A DNA stretch of 64,000 bases, taken from NCBI GenBank assembly GCA_036723985.1, contig DAIMGK010000005.1, positions 235-64,234 on the forward strand, written 5' to 3'. Made by a program: the position numbers and the translations under genes. Source of the stretch: Flexilinea sp. (GTDB taxonomy: Bacteria > Chloroflexota > Anaerolineae > Anaerolineales > Anaerolineaceae). Each line of letters opens with the position of its first letter. The stretch's first letter is position 1. Of this stretch, positions 43,868 through 55,162 are shown piece by piece. The notes under the pieces are model-generated. The model had not been told where the DNA came from. It searched no databases and saw nothing but the letters and a program-made list of their open reading frames with translations.

Positions 43868-46800
43868 TTAATTCCGGCAGAGTGCGTCTGCACGTTCGAA
43901 TACGGAAGCCACGCTCCCGGTACCGTCATATTTCGCCATGCCGCAGACAAGGGCTACATCATCCCGATGGCTTCCCTCTTCCAGTTCGAGAGCTAATTCG
44001 TCGGCATTCTCATAGTCATGCCCCTGCGCGATCGCGGCAAACTGATCCCCTGCCACCCGGAATACCGGGCTGTGTTTAAACGTGTTGCAGATGATGGCGC
44101 AGGCTTCCCGGAGCAGCTGATCTCCCGCTTCATGGCCCTGTGTCTCATTGATATGTTGAAGATCCCTTACACGGCACAATGCTATCGCGTATTTGACAGT
44201 CTGACCCAATTCGATCTGGTGCGCCAGCGTCTGCGACATATTGTCATACGCTGTTCTGTTCTTCACTCCCGTAAGTGTATCGAGATTCGCCCGGCTGCGC
44301 GCGGCGGCAAGCTTCCGTTCGTAATCCTGCTCCCGTCTGACCAGGTCGTCGACGTTGTTCACACCAATGATGAGCTGCGGACCGTCCTGCTCTTCTACCA
44401 GCGCGGCCTGTAACGTACAGTATTTCGGTTCACTGCCCAGGTTCATCCTGTACTGCATGGTAAAGATGCCTTTTTCTTCGATCTCTTCCATTACTTTGTC
44501 CCGTGTCATAAGGGTCTGGAATTTTTCAATATCCTCCGGGTAAATATGCTTTATGCTGTTCTTTTGGGAAACTGTCCAGAAATCGTCCCCTTCTTTATCA
44601 ATGTCAAGTCCGGCGTAATCCCTGGCGGCGCTGTACTCAAGGAAATGTCCTGTAACGGGATCGACTGTATAAATACAGATAAATCCCTGTGTGAGTGCTT
44701 TTACACGCGAATAGGTTGTCTGTTCAGCCTGAAGCCTTGCCATTGCTTCCTTCTGACGCATCTGTGCATCTACATTGCTGACACCGATAATGATGTGTTT
44801 CTTGTCCGTGCGCATACGCACAGCCTTCATGCTCACATAGGTCGGGTTCCCATCCATCAGCAATCGATAGCTCAGCGTGAAAGTGCCGTGCTCATTGATC
44901 ATGCGCATTACGTTTTCTTTTGTGAAGGATTCAACAAAATAATCTTTGTCTTCTTTGTAGATAAACAGCTGCGCGTCTTTGGCGCTGGCGCTGAAGAAAT
45001 CCGAACCGCGCCGTTCCACGGCCAGATTCTCATGATTGGCGTCCGGGGTATATTCAACGAACTGTTCGGTTTCAATATCCACATAATAGAGGTTAATATA
45101 GTCCGAGGACAGCGCCCATGTGACGTCCGCAAAGCTGGCGCCGGTATCTGCATCCTTTTCCAGGATCGCAAGGACTGCGACGGCAACCGCGGATGTACCT
45201 GATATGGGATTTACAGCTACCCGCCGGATAAACGTATGGATCGTGGTTTTTTCATCGATCGGTTCATCAATTATCGCGCGGTTTCCGTCTTCGGCGCAGC
45301 GCAGTACTGCGCCCAGGAAAACATTGGAACTGCCGGATGGATCGGAGGCGTCAAACTCCCAATCCGTAACATCGACTCCAAAAATTCGTTCAGAAAAGTC
45401 ACGGTAAGACTTGTTGCAGCGGGAAAAATATGCCTTTCCGCCATTGACCTCCATAATAGCCATTGGCAGGGTATCGAAGAATCGGCGGAACGAATCATCC
45501 CCCTCACCGGCAATTACAGCCATGTCATACAGATTGATTCGCCCCAGCGTTCCATAGTATTCCGTTTCTTCCGGATTCTCGAGGCGTATATCCTTTCCGC
45601 TCTCATACATTTCGAGAATCGTTTCGAAAGGTATTGGTTTGTTGTAGAGGAAACCCTGTGCCTTCGTACATCCGATCTCTTTCAGGAACTCGACCTGTTC
45701 CGCTTTTTCCACACCTTCGCATATGGTCTCAACACCCAGCCCAATGGCCATCTTGACCAGTTCGGTCAGGATGATCCTGCATTCATCACTGCTGTTGAAC
45801 TGCTGCATGAAACGCATATCCAGCTTGATCAGGTCAAAATGGATACTCTGCAGCACGTCCAGTGAGGAATAACCGCTGCCAAAATCATCCATCCAAACCT
45901 GGAAACCCAGCTCCTGGAACCGTTTTACCTGTTTTTTCATGAAATCAAAGTCACTGCCGATCACGCTTTCCGTGATCTCAATGGTTATCAGGGAGCGGTC
46001 GATACCCGCGTCATCCACACGGCGGCGGATCTCCTCAACGATATCGCAGCTGTCGAAATCGGAGCGCGAAAGATTTACGGACTGCGGGATCATGTACATA
46101 CCCACTTCAGCCATCTTCTTCAGCTTTGCAATGACCTGTTCCACAACGAAGAGATCGAGCTTGTAGATAAGCTTTGACTCTTCCAGTGCCGGAATAAAGT
46201 CAGCAGGGGAGAGGAAACCCCTGACCGGATCGATCCAACGGGAAAGGGCTTCTTCGTCACATACCCTGTCGTTGGAAACCCTGATGATCGCCTGGTAATA
46301 AACCTTTATCCATTTCTCCGCGATCGCCCGGTCGATGTTTTCGATGATATATTGCTTTTTTTCCTCGTCATCATTCAGTTCCTGACTGTAATAATTCACA
46401 GCCATGCCATATCTGCCTCTGAGCGCTGTACAGGCAAGCTTCGCCCTGTCACAGGCAACGCTGGTATGTACGCTTTCCGGCTGCCTGCGATAGACGCCGA
46501 CATGCAGCGGGAGCGTTTTGCCGCCGTTCATCTCTCTGCATTCGGCAAACATGGCCTCGATTTTTTCCTCGAGTCCCGTTTCTTCTGTCTGGACCGCGAA
46601 ATGGTCTGCGCCGATGCGGCAGCAGCGTTCTGCTCCGAAAATTCTGATGATGATCCTTGAAAAGGCACGCAGCAGTTTGTCCCCTTCCGCGAAGCCATGC
46701 CGTGTATTGAAGAATTTCATGCCGCTGAAATCCATGTACAATAACGCGGGGTTATCGCCCTTTTCCCGGATCTCGTTTTTGCTGGCTTCCGCAAGTTCAA

Positions 46801-47314
46801 AGAAGTAGGTCATACTGGGAAGACCTGTCAAAAAGTCGTAATAACTTGCCTGCAGGATGCTCTCCTCATGAAGAGCGTGCCGTAATGATTTGCTGAGTTC
46901 CGTCTGTTTACGGTTTTTCTCTTCGCTGTATTCACCTTCATCCGCGTACCAGATCTGGGCAAGCCGGACACCGGTTTCCGTATAGATGTGTTTGCCGTAA
47001 GCATGGATGATGAGGTAACCCTGTTCATTTTGTTTCTTCAGCCGATAAACGGATTCGAATCTGCCGCCATCCCTCATGAATCGGTAAATTGCATTGCCGA
47101 GCCTCGCGACATCGTCCGGATGAACATTCCTGTATGTGTCATGATCCATGGCGGCATAGACTTTCGCACGGTATTTTGAGCCCAGCAGGTCACAAAACCC
47201 GTTGGAAACAACAAGCGTCACAATGCTCTGATCGACGAACTGAAAGACCGCGAAAGGCACTTCCATGCTCTCCATGAGTGATTGTTCCTGTGCTGAAAAA
47301 TGATATCTTTCCAT
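43868..47314 (-). CDS. multidomain c-di-GMP signalling protein: PAS-like, degenerate GGDEF, EAL, PAS-like repeats, degenerate C-terminal GGDEF
   Basis: EAL motifs are intact (EEALSRW, NLSRSDF, EITES, DDFGSGYSSL, EGVE, QGF). The GGDEF positions read GADHF and AGDQF. Confidence 0.9.
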   Translation of the reverse strand: MERYHFSAQEQSLMESMEVPFAVFQFVDQSIVTLVVSNGFCDLLGSKYRAKVYAAMDHDTYRNVHPDDVARLGNAIYRFMRDGGRFESVYRLKKQNEQGYLIIHAYGKHIYTETGVRLAQIWYADEGEYSEEKNRKQTELSKSLRHALHEESILQASYYDFLTGLPSMTYFFELAEASKNEIREKGDNPALLYMDFSGMKFFNTRHGFAEGDKLLRAFSRIIIRIFGAERCCRIGADHFAVQTEETGLEEKIEAMFAECREMNGGKTLPLHVGVYRRQPESVHTSVACDRAKLACTALRGRYGMAVNYYSQELNDDEEKKQYIIENIDRAIAEKWIKVYYQAIIRVSNDRVCDEEALSRWIDPVRGFLSPADFIPALEESKLIYKLDLFVVEQVIAKLKKMAEVGMYMIPQSVNLSRSDFDSCDIVEEIRRRVDDAGIDRSLITIEITESVIGSDFDFMKKQVKRFQELGFQVWMDDFGSGYSSLDVLQSIHFDLIKLDMRFMQQFNSSDECRIILTELVKMAIGLGVETICEGVEKAEQVEFLKEIGCTKAQGFLYNKPIPFETILEMYESGKDIRLENPEETEYYGTLGRINLYDMAVIAGEGDDSFRRFFDTLPMAIMEVNGGKAYFSRCNKSYRDFSERIFGVDVTDWEFDASDPSGSSNVFLGAVLRCAEDGNRAIIDEPIDEKTTIHTFIRRVAVNPISGTSAVAVAVLAILEKDADTGASFADVTWALSSDYINLYYVDIETEQFVEYTPDANHENLAVERRGSDFFSASAKDAQLFIYKEDKDYFVESFTKENVMRMINEHGTFTLSYRLLMDGNPTYVSMKAVRMRTDKKHIIIGVSNVDAQMRQKEAMARLQAEQTTYSRVKALTQGFICIYTVDPVTGHFLEYSAARDYAGLDIDKEGDDFWTVSQKNSIKHIYPEDIEKFQTLMTRDKVMEEIEEKGIFTMQYRMNLGSEPKYCTLQAALVEEQDGPQLIIGVNNVDDLVRREQDYERKLAAARSRANLDTLTGVKNRTAYDNMSQTLAHQIELGQTVKYAIALCRVRDLQHINETQGHEAGDQLLREACAIICNTFKHSPVFRVAGDQFAAIAQGHDYENADELALELEEGSHRDDVALVCGMAKYDGTGSVASVFERADALCRN

Positions 47315-47945
47315 TGCTGACTTTCTATGATGCCCGGATCATTCCATCCGAAAAAGCAGTAAACTCAACATTGTTACGGAAAACAGGGTTTTCAATAAAA
47401 GCCAATACAGATCATTATGTGTTTTATTTTAAGATCGGATTCTGTATTTTTTTGAATTTATCAGCCGCTTTTTTCGTAAAACAATATCTGTTTTGCTGAA
47501 GTATATCACGTTTTGTGCCAAATATCCAATATCCCTGAAAAAATCTGAAACAGCACTGTTTGTATTTGAGCAGGTATTCTGTTCCGGACCAAATGATCTG
47601 ATCTTCTGTTTCCGGCGTAGTCTCTGGCGGTGATGATCATCATCAGCATACTTCTCAGCCGGGACCTGGGCTTGGTGATCTTTGCCGTCATAAAATTGAT
47701 CGGAAAGATCATTATTTACATCAGGGCAAAGCTTTTGTGACAGAAAATAACTGTTGATACAGATGTGCTTGAGATTCAGGAAGCCAGAAAACGGATGATA
47801 GAAGAATCATTCCGAAACACCGATGGTCAGGTCTAAGACGCGTTAAATAACAGATGAGGGGAACAGTCCCCGTGTTCTGAACAGTTGCGGTAATTCTGGC
47901 TCTATATGCGGGCAAATCATTATCAGTGTTTCCTTATTGGGTATT

Positions 47946-50900
47946 TCAGCTCTGTTCTTTCAACTTCTGATCATCCCGTCCGTACCGGTCTATCTGCGGA
48001 TCTATCATACTGAGACCGAAAATAATACGATTCGTACCCTGTATGCGTGTGATCTTCAAATTGACATACATCGGGACACCGGTGTCGATCAGCCGGTATG
48101 TCGAAGTGATCACCCTGTGACGGTCCAGTTCTCCGATGATATTCTCTTTTGTAAACCATTCCAGAAACGAGGGCCTGTCTTCTTCATAGATCCTTAACAT
48201 GGCATCATGCCTGGCTGATTCAAAAAACTCCGTTCCATGGCGTTCCCTCGCCGATCCTTCTTTTCCATCCGGGGATGAATACTCGATGTAACGTTCTGTA
48301 TCGAGATCCGCGACATAAATAATATAGTAATCGGCAGCAAGAGCTCTGGCGATATCCGCATAGGACTCTTCTTCACCCGGATCGGAAATTGAAAGCACCG
48401 CGACAGCGATGGCGGTTTCCCCTGTGACCGGATTAGTCCCAATCCTGCGGGCGAAGGAATGTACAACAGAGCCGTCCCGCATCTTTTCATTATAAAAAGT
48501 CCGGTTTCCCTGTTCGCAGCATTTCTTCGCGACATTGTTCATGAAGCCGGCGTTGTATTCGACAAATTCCTGCTCCATATCAGACATGTTCATTCCGAAG
48601 AACCGTCTGATAAATTCCCGATAGGAGGGGTTGCTTCGCAGAAATCGGGCTGTTTTCCCTTTTACTTCAATGATTCCGATGGGAAGTGTATTAAATGTAT
48701 GCCGGAATGGGCCTTCTTCCTGACTTGCAAGCATATCCAAATCATAAAGATTGATGCGGCCAACCATATCAAAGTAATCGGAAGCGGCGGGATCTTCAAA
48801 TCCGATCTGACTGCCTTTGTTGTACCTTTCCAGGATCTCCCCGAAGGGGATCGGTTTGCAGAAGAAATAACCCTGCAGTTTTGAGCAGCCGATCTCCTTC
48901 AGGAACTGCACCTGTCCTTCCGTCTCGACACCTTCACAGACTGTATCCACATTCAGTGCCGCTGCCAGCCTCATCATTTCAGTCAGGATTATCTTTGCGC
49001 TGTTCCCTTCATCCAGTTTTTGTATAAAACTCATATCAAATTTGATCAGGTCAAAACGGATCCTTTGGAGGACATCGAGAGATGAGTACCCGCTTCCGAA
49101 ATCATCCATCCAAACCGGGAAACCAAGCTGCCGGAACCGTTCAACCTGTGTTTTCATAAATTCAAAGTCACTGCCTATAATGCTCTCTGTGATCTCGATC
49201 GTGATCAGTGAACGGCTGATGTTCGCTTGATCCACGCGCTTTCGGATCTCTTCTACGATATCACAGGCATCGAAGTCAGATCTGGAAAGGTTGATGGACT
49301 GCGGAACGATATGCAGTCCGGCTTCCTGCTGGTATCTGATCTTCTCAAGCACCTGTTCCAGCACATACAGATCCAGTTTGTAGATCTGCCCGGATGTCTC
49401 CAGATAGGGGATGAATTCCACAGGCGATAAAAATCCTTCCTCAGGATCGATCCAGCGGACAAGAGCTTCCTCTTCGCATACTCTTCCGTTGACAGCCCGG
49501 ATAATGGGCTGATAGTAGACCTGGATCCATTTTTCAGAAATAGCCCTGTCAATGCTTGCCTGAATATGCTGGCGCCTTTTTACGATCTGCCTGATCTCGC
49601 TGCTATAGTACTTGAAGCTTGATGTGTCGGATTTCCGGATCAGATCACATGCCATTTTTGCCCTGTCATAAGCGGAAGTGATCGGCACATCCTCAATGCC
49701 GGTCGAATAAATTCCCACTCTGACCGGGAGATAGTTTTCGATCTGCTCAATTTCTTTAAAGAATAAACGCAGCTGCTCCTTCAGCCGGTCTTCTGTTGTG
49801 GAAACTGCAAACCGGCCCGCGCTGATGTGGCAGCAGTTATCTTTTCCAAAGGTTTTGACAAGCAGACCGGCATAAGTCTTCAAAAGCCTGTCGCCTTCAG
49901 CGAATCCGTATTTATGGTTATAGTAAGTCATTCCATTCAGGTCTATGTAAAGAAGCACGCCGATTTTTCCTTCACGGAAAACCTTTTCCTTGCCGATTTC
50001 ACACAGGCTGAAAAAGTACGCCAGATTCGGAAGCCCGGTCAGCGGATCATAGTGTGTCGCCTTCAGGATGCTTTCTTCATGCAGGATGCTGTTAAGTTCC
50101 CGATTCATTTCTGAGCCTGAGGCTTCATCACCTTCCACATACCGGCCTTCATCCATGAGCCAGACGTGGCCAAGCCGCACGCCCGTTTCCGTAAAAATGT
50201 GCTTCCCATGCGCATGGATCACCTGATAATCCGAATCAACACCGGCCTTTGTGCGGAATATTGCGTCATATTCGTCACTGTCTTTGCCTTGTGCAAAACG
50301 AAAGGCAGATTTTAAGGCCCTTTCTTTATCATCCGGATGAGTGTACTTATACATATCATGATCCTGATCATAAACAGCCGTGTTTCGATCCGCATATCCC
50401 AGCAATTTGCAAAAACCTTCGGAGACAACAAGTGTGACGATCCTGCCGTCCACAAACTGGTAGACAGCGATCGGCTGCTCCAAACCCTCCAGAGCAGACC
50501 TTACTTCGTCCGGATAGCGGTATCTTTCCGAATAATGCGGTATCTGTGTCAGGCTTTCATGCTTGCATTTTTTCTTGTTTTCATACATCAGCTTATCCGC
50601 CCGTTCAAAAACGTCCTGAAGGTGGATATCTTTCGAAGGATCAAATTCAGATATTCCGAATGCAAGAGGCCTGAGCCCGGAACGCGTTTGTTTGTCCAAT
50701 GCCTTTTCAAGCTGTTGGATCAGTTCATCACGGTGTTCATAGTCTCTTTCTGTCAGCAGCACCGTGAACTCATCCCCGCCGATCCTGAATACGGGACTGT
50801 GGGTGAATACGTCGCAGATGATGAAGCATATGTCCCTGATAAATTTGTCGCCGGCTTTGTGCCCCAGTGTATCGTTTGTCCGTTTCAAACCATTCAGGTC

Positions 50901-52271
50901 ACAGACCAGTATCGCGAAAGGCGGCTGATCTGATCTGCTGATCCGTTTATCGATCTCAGATTCCGCCTGGGCATATGCTCTTTTGTTTTTCACACCTGTC
51001 AGAGGATCCCGGTTCGCCATATTCATCGCATCCTGGTAAGCCAGTTCCATTTTTTTTGCGGCGTCAATGTTCGCGATGGAAATAATAATGTGCTCCGGGT
51101 CATCATTGGCCCGGACAGCGTATAGTGAAACATACTGGGGCTTCCCGTCGATAATGAGACGGTAATTCAGAAAGGTCTTTCCATAGGAAGAAAGCGCGCT
51201 GAGCAGGTTTTCCTTCTGCATTGCCTCTGCCATCATGGGCAGATCATCAGGGAAAATTTCCCTCTGCATGTTTATCTGTGTTTCTTTGAAAAAATCTTTT
51301 CCTTTGGCACCGGCTTCCAGCCTGGCATATTTTTCGTCGGCGCTGTATTCCGAATATTCATTCGTCCGGATGTTGACGTGATAGATCACTTCATACTGCT
51401 GTGCCAATGCCATGGAAATATTACCGAATATCTGCCTCTGTTCATTGATGGACTGTTCCCGCCTCACCTGCAGATCCGTATTTATGACACCGATGACGAT
51501 GTGGTGTATGTCATTTTTGGGCTGGACCACCAGCATATCCATATACCGGTGCATTCCGTTCAGCAGCTGCCGGTAAGAGAGAGAAACGGTCCCGTTTCGC
51601 TGCAGATCCTTCAGAAGCCGGTCTTTGCTTAACCTTTCAAGCAGCTGAGGTACATCATCCGGATGAATATAGACCCGTATGTCCGCTGCGGCGTCTGCGA
51701 AGAAATCCTTACCCTGTTTGGTGGTCCCGAGTTTCGCATACTGTTTGCTGGCACTGTACTGGATATATTCATTTGTGTCGATATTGATATGGTATATGAC
51801 CTCATACCGGCTCGAAAGAGCACCGGCGATCAGCTCATATGTTGAGACAGCGGATTCGTTTTCTATCTCCTTGCGCTTTTGGTCATCAATATCCCGCAGA
51901 CTGATGAGAATGCCGCTTTCGCCGGCCCGGGTGGCTTTCAGAAGAAAATAGCGCGGGACGCCTCCGTAATTCACACGGTATGTCAGTGAAAACGGCTGCC
52001 CGTTTTCCAGCGCGCACATGACTGCTTCTTTTTGAAAAGAATCCAGAAAAAAATCCCGGTCTTCGTGCCAGACCCGGTCTTCGCGGTCCCGGCGTATATC
52101 CTGAAAGAAATTATCTCCGCTGTTTACCTGAACAAGCCTGTTCTCTTTATTATCCGGTGCATATTCAACATAGCTGTCATCTTTCGAATCTATGACAAAA
52201 AGGCTGCTGCAGTCATTTGCGAGAGCAAGCGCTATGCCGGCAAATGACAACGGTTTTTTTTCTGGTTCCAT
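47946..52271 (-). CDS. multidomain c-di-GMP signalling protein: PAS-like x3, canonical GGDEF, PAS-like, degenerate GGDEF, EAL, PAS-like x2
   Basis: RIGGDEF is present. The second GGDEF position reads SAGRF. EAL motifs are intact (EEALVRW, DDFGSGYSSL, EGVE, QGY). GGAGGAG RBS. Confidence 0.9.
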   Translation of the reverse strand: MEPEKKPLSFAGIALALANDCSSLFVIDSKDDSYVEYAPDNKENRLVQVNSGDNFFQDIRRDREDRVWHEDRDFFLDSFQKEAVMCALENGQPFSLTYRVNYGGVPRYFLLKATRAGESGILISLRDIDDQKRKEIENESAVSTYELIAGALSSRYEVIYHINIDTNEYIQYSASKQYAKLGTTKQGKDFFADAAADIRVYIHPDDVPQLLERLSKDRLLKDLQRNGTVSLSYRQLLNGMHRYMDMLVVQPKNDIHHIVIGVINTDLQVRREQSINEQRQIFGNISMALAQQYEVIYHVNIRTNEYSEYSADEKYARLEAGAKGKDFFKETQINMQREIFPDDLPMMAEAMQKENLLSALSSYGKTFLNYRLIIDGKPQYVSLYAVRANDDPEHIIISIANIDAAKKMELAYQDAMNMANRDPLTGVKNKRAYAQAESEIDKRISRSDQPPFAILVCDLNGLKRTNDTLGHKAGDKFIRDICFIICDVFTHSPVFRIGGDEFTVLLTERDYEHRDELIQQLEKALDKQTRSGLRPLAFGISEFDPSKDIHLQDVFERADKLMYENKKKCKHESLTQIPHYSERYRYPDEVRSALEGLEQPIAVYQFVDGRIVTLVVSEGFCKLLGYADRNTAVYDQDHDMYKYTHPDDKERALKSAFRFAQGKDSDEYDAIFRTKAGVDSDYQVIHAHGKHIFTETGVRLGHVWLMDEGRYVEGDEASGSEMNRELNSILHEESILKATHYDPLTGLPNLAYFFSLCEIGKEKVFREGKIGVLLYIDLNGMTYYNHKYGFAEGDRLLKTYAGLLVKTFGKDNCCHISAGRFAVSTTEDRLKEQLRLFFKEIEQIENYLPVRVGIYSTGIEDVPITSAYDRAKMACDLIRKSDTSSFKYYSSEIRQIVKRRQHIQASIDRAISEKWIQVYYQPIIRAVNGRVCEEEALVRWIDPEEGFLSPVEFIPYLETSGQIYKLDLYVLEQVLEKIRYQQEAGLHIVPQSINLSRSDFDACDIVEEIRKRVDQANISRSLITIEITESIIGSDFEFMKTQVERFRQLGFPVWMDDFGSGYSSLDVLQRIRFDLIKFDMSFIQKLDEGNSAKIILTEMMRLAAALNVDTVCEGVETEGQVQFLKEIGCSKLQGYFFCKPIPFGEILERYNKGSQIGFEDPAASDYFDMVGRINLYDLDMLASQEEGPFRHTFNTLPIGIIEVKGKTARFLRSNPSYREFIRRFFGMNMSDMEQEFVEYNAGFMNNVAKKCCEQGNRTFYNEKMRDGSVVHSFARRIGTNPVTGETAIAVAVLSISDPGEEESYADIARALAADYYIIYVADLDTERYIEYSSPDGKEGSARERHGTEFFESARHDAMLRIYEEDRPSFLEWFTKENIIGELDRHRVITSTYRLIDTGVPMYVNLKITRIQGTNRIIFGLSMIDPQIDRYGRDDQKLKEQS

Positions 52272-52465
52272 TAAAATATCTCTCCTCCGCGTATCGGCTC
52301 TTTTCTTTCTTCCGATATGTTTCCTTTGATCATATCATAAACACCTGGAACAGTCCCGGAACAGGGGTATGAACGGCTGCAAAATATTATGATTTCTGTC
52401 TGCGGCGATCAATTCTCCGGTGATCATGCTGAATTTTTGACCTTTATCATCTATCATCAAATTTT

Positions 52466-53338
52466 TTATGAATTTTTTACGACTACATTCATGTATTTAT
52501 ATGGGATCTCAATATTGTTAGCGATAAGAGCTTCAAAGACAGATGTATTGATTTGATCCCGTACTCTCTCCGTTGGGGTTGAATGATCATAGTAAACAGT
52601 GACAGACATGACAAGTGCGCTGTCGGACAGTTCAATAAAATATACAGGAGCGTAATCGATACTGCCATCCGGCATCTGCATCCCGGGTATCGTTAAAGAT
52701 GATTCCCGGACTACCTGTTGGATCACCTGTTTGGTTTTGGCTATATCCGATTTGTAACTGACAGGGAACTTCAGCATGACGGAGCGGGGAACATCACTGT
52801 AACTGTAATTCAGAATGGAAAAATCGTTCATCTTGCTGTTTGGGATGATCGTACGGATCGTATCGATCCGTTTGATGACGACATGGCGCATTGTGATGTT
52901 TTCAACGACTCCGGTGATGCCTTCCAATGTCTCGATCCTGTCTCCGATATCGAAGGGCTTGTATATACTGATTTGAATTCCTGCGAGAATATCCTTGAGG
53001 ATGTCCTGTCCGGCAAAGCCGATCACTGCTGTCAGGACCGCCGCGCTGCCGAAAACAGAATTCCCGATATCATCCCAGTTGAAAGGCAGGATCAGGAAAA
53101 AGAATGTGATCCCGAACGAAACCAGTTTTTCCATAAAATCCAGGGACATGGAGCGTCCCTTTTTTTTACTGATCATTTGGAATATCTTATGATTCGCATT
53201 TTGTCCGAGTTTCCATAGAATGCAGCAACCGACGGCTATGCAAAGATAAAAAAAGATGGTCAGAATTGTCGATAAAATAAGGGAATGCGTTGTACCGATA
53301 TCATACTTTACCAGAAAACTATGGACTAATTTGATCAT
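52466..53338 (-). CDS. small-conductance mechanosensitive channel (MscS family)
   Basis: MscS core ILKDILAGIQISIYKPFDIGDRIE...GVVENITMRHVVIKRID. I chose the start at MIKLVH (53338), 4 nt after GGAGGGG. Confidence 0.85.
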   Translation of the reverse strand: MIKLVHSFLVKYDIGTTHSLILSTILTIFFYLCIAVGCCILWKLGQNANHKIFQMISKKKGRSMSLDFMEKLVSFGITFFFLILPFNWDDIGNSVFGSAAVLTAVIGFAGQDILKDILAGIQISIYKPFDIGDRIETLEGITGVVENITMRHVVIKRIDTIRTIIPNSKMNDFSILNYSYSDVPRSVMLKFPVSYKSDIAKTKQVIQQVVRESSLTIPGMQMPDGSIDYAPVYFIELSDSALVMSVTVYYDHSTPTERVRDQINTSVFEALIANNIEIPYKYMNVVVKNS

Positions 53339-53593
53339 ATATCCCCTCCGAAACACATGAGAGCGGCTTTCAGAATGGCAGTAATTTCCGTAATTAATTA
53401 AAAAAACGGCAGCAGGCGGGCAGCAGTCAGCGGAATACAGCGCCGCTGCGCGGCGGTCATTATGGTTTGTGGAAGATCAGCTGCCCACCTTTGAGTGATT
53501 ATTAATTATAAACGTTAAAACCTGAAATCGCGGAAATCGGCTGTTTAAATAAAAATCGATCAGATGTGAGAAGGGTGTACGGCGTTTCCGGGA

Positions 53594-55126
53594 TCATTCC
53601 CATTCTACTGTTCCGGGCGGTTTTGAGGTGATATCATATACGACGCGGGAGATGCCTTTGACTTCATTAATGATCCTGTTACTTGCCCTTTCAAGCAGCT
53701 CGTAAGGGAGCCTGGTCCATTCCGCGGTCATGAAATCGTCAGTCGTAACGGACCGCAGAGCCACAGTGTAACCATATGTTCTGGAGTCTCCCATGACGCC
53801 CACTGTTTTCAGATCAGTCAGCACGGCAAAATATTGATTTGCTATAGAGGCAAGACCGTTTTGTTGAATTTCGTCCCGGAAGATCTGATCCGCATCCCTG
53901 AGCATGGACAGCTTTTCTTCCGTGATCTCCCCGATGATCCGGATGGCAAGACCCGGTCCGGGAAATGGCTGACGGAATACCAGTTCGTCCGGTATGCCGA
54001 GCTTTGTTCCGACTTCCCGGACTTCATCTTTGAACAGGTCCCGCAGCGGTTCAATGATCCTTTCGAAACGCATTTTTTCCGGCAGCCCGCCGACGTTGTG
54101 ATGGCTCTTGATGACCGCGGCGTCCCCTTTCCCGCTTTCGACGACATCCGGATAGATGGTCCCCTGTGCTAATATATCGATCTGTTCCAGCTTCCCCGAT
54201 TCTTCTTCAAAAACACGGATAAATTCCTCTCCGATGATCTTGCGTTTTGTCTCCGGATCAGTGACGCCGGATAATTTCTTCAAAAACCGGTCCTGTGCGT
54301 TTACACGGATCAGGTTCAGCCCAAATTTATTTCTGAAAGTCATCTCGACCAGATCCGCTTCATTTTTCCGGAGCAGGCCGTGGTCGACAAAAACACAGTA
54401 CAGATCATGCCCGATCGCTTTATCCAGCAGGACCGCGGCAACGGAGGAATCCACTCCGCCGGAAAGTGCCAGCAGAACTTTCTTGTTTTGAAGTTCTTTT
54501 TGATATTTTGCTGTGGTATTCTCGATGAAGCTTTCCATCTGCCAGTCCCGGCTGCAGTCGCAGATATCGATGACGAAGTTTTTCAGGATCGTTTTGCCGT
54601 ACTCTGTATGGGTCACTTCCGGGTGGAACTGGACGCCGAAGATCCTGTGTTCCGCATCCTGCAATCCGGCACAGGGACATTTGTCTGTAGAAGCGGTCAC
54701 CTGACAGCCTTCCGGAATTTCACTGATGAAATCTGTATGGCTCATCCAGCAGATGCTTTCTTCCGGGACATCCCGGAACAGGCTGCTTTCCCGGACACGT
54801 AAAAGCGTTTTTCCGTATTCGCTTGAGTTTTCTGCGCTTTTGACGGTACCGTTTTTCATAAACGCGATCAGCTGCGCGCCGTAACATATGCCTAAAACAG
54901 GTATGCCGGTCTCAAGGACAGCCGGATCAAAGTGAGGGGAGGAAGGGTCGTAGACGCTGTTCGGTCCCCCTGTGAAAATGATCCCTTTATATCCTTTTTC
55001 CTTTATTTCAGCGACTGTGATCCGGTCATACGCCCGTATTTCTGCAAAAACATGCATCTCGCGGACTCTCCGTGCGATCAGCTGATCATATTGTCCGCCA
55101 AAATCCAGAACCAGTATCTTATCCAT
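53594..55126 (-). CDS. guaA: GMP synthase (glutamine-hydrolysing)
   Basis: Full-length match by recognition: [27 protein letters not shown]-loop, C-terminal KPPGTVEWE. Confidence 0.97.
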   Translation of the reverse strand: MDKILVLDFGGQYDQLIARRVREMHVFAEIRAYDRITVAEIKEKGYKGIIFTGGPNSVYDPSSPHFDPAVLETGIPVLGICYGAQLIAFMKNGTVKSAENSSEYGKTLLRVRESSLFRDVPEESICWMSHTDFISEIPEGCQVTASTDKCPCAGLQDAEHRIFGVQFHPEVTHTEYGKTILKNFVIDICDCSRDWQMESFIENTTAKYQKELQNKKVLLALSGGVDSSVAAVLLDKAIGHDLYCVFVDHGLLRKNEADLVEMTFRNKFGLNLIRVNAQDRFLKKLSGVTDPETKRKIIGEEFIRVFEEESGKLEQIDILAQGTIYPDVVESGKGDAAVIKSHHNVGGLPEKMRFERIIEPLRDLFKDEVREVGTKLGIPDELVFRQPFPGPGLAIRIIGEITEEKLSMLRDADQIFRDEIQQNGLASIANQYFAVLTDLKTVGVMGDSRTYGYTVALRSVTTDDFMTAEWTRLPYELLERASNRIINEVKGISRVVYDITSKPPGTVEWE

Positions 55127-55162
55127 AACACCTCTTCTTCTGATTACCGTTTCCTCAGTGAA

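Noticed and set aside
47315-47945. Small minus-strand ORFs (47506-47712, 47721-47915) and a start-less open frame in the spacer between the two c-di-GMP genes, considered as genes or as a transposase remnant.
   Set aside because: There is no RBS, no recognisable motif and an odd composition. I could not detect similarity to GGDEF/PAS or to transposases by eye. The spacer is left unannotated.
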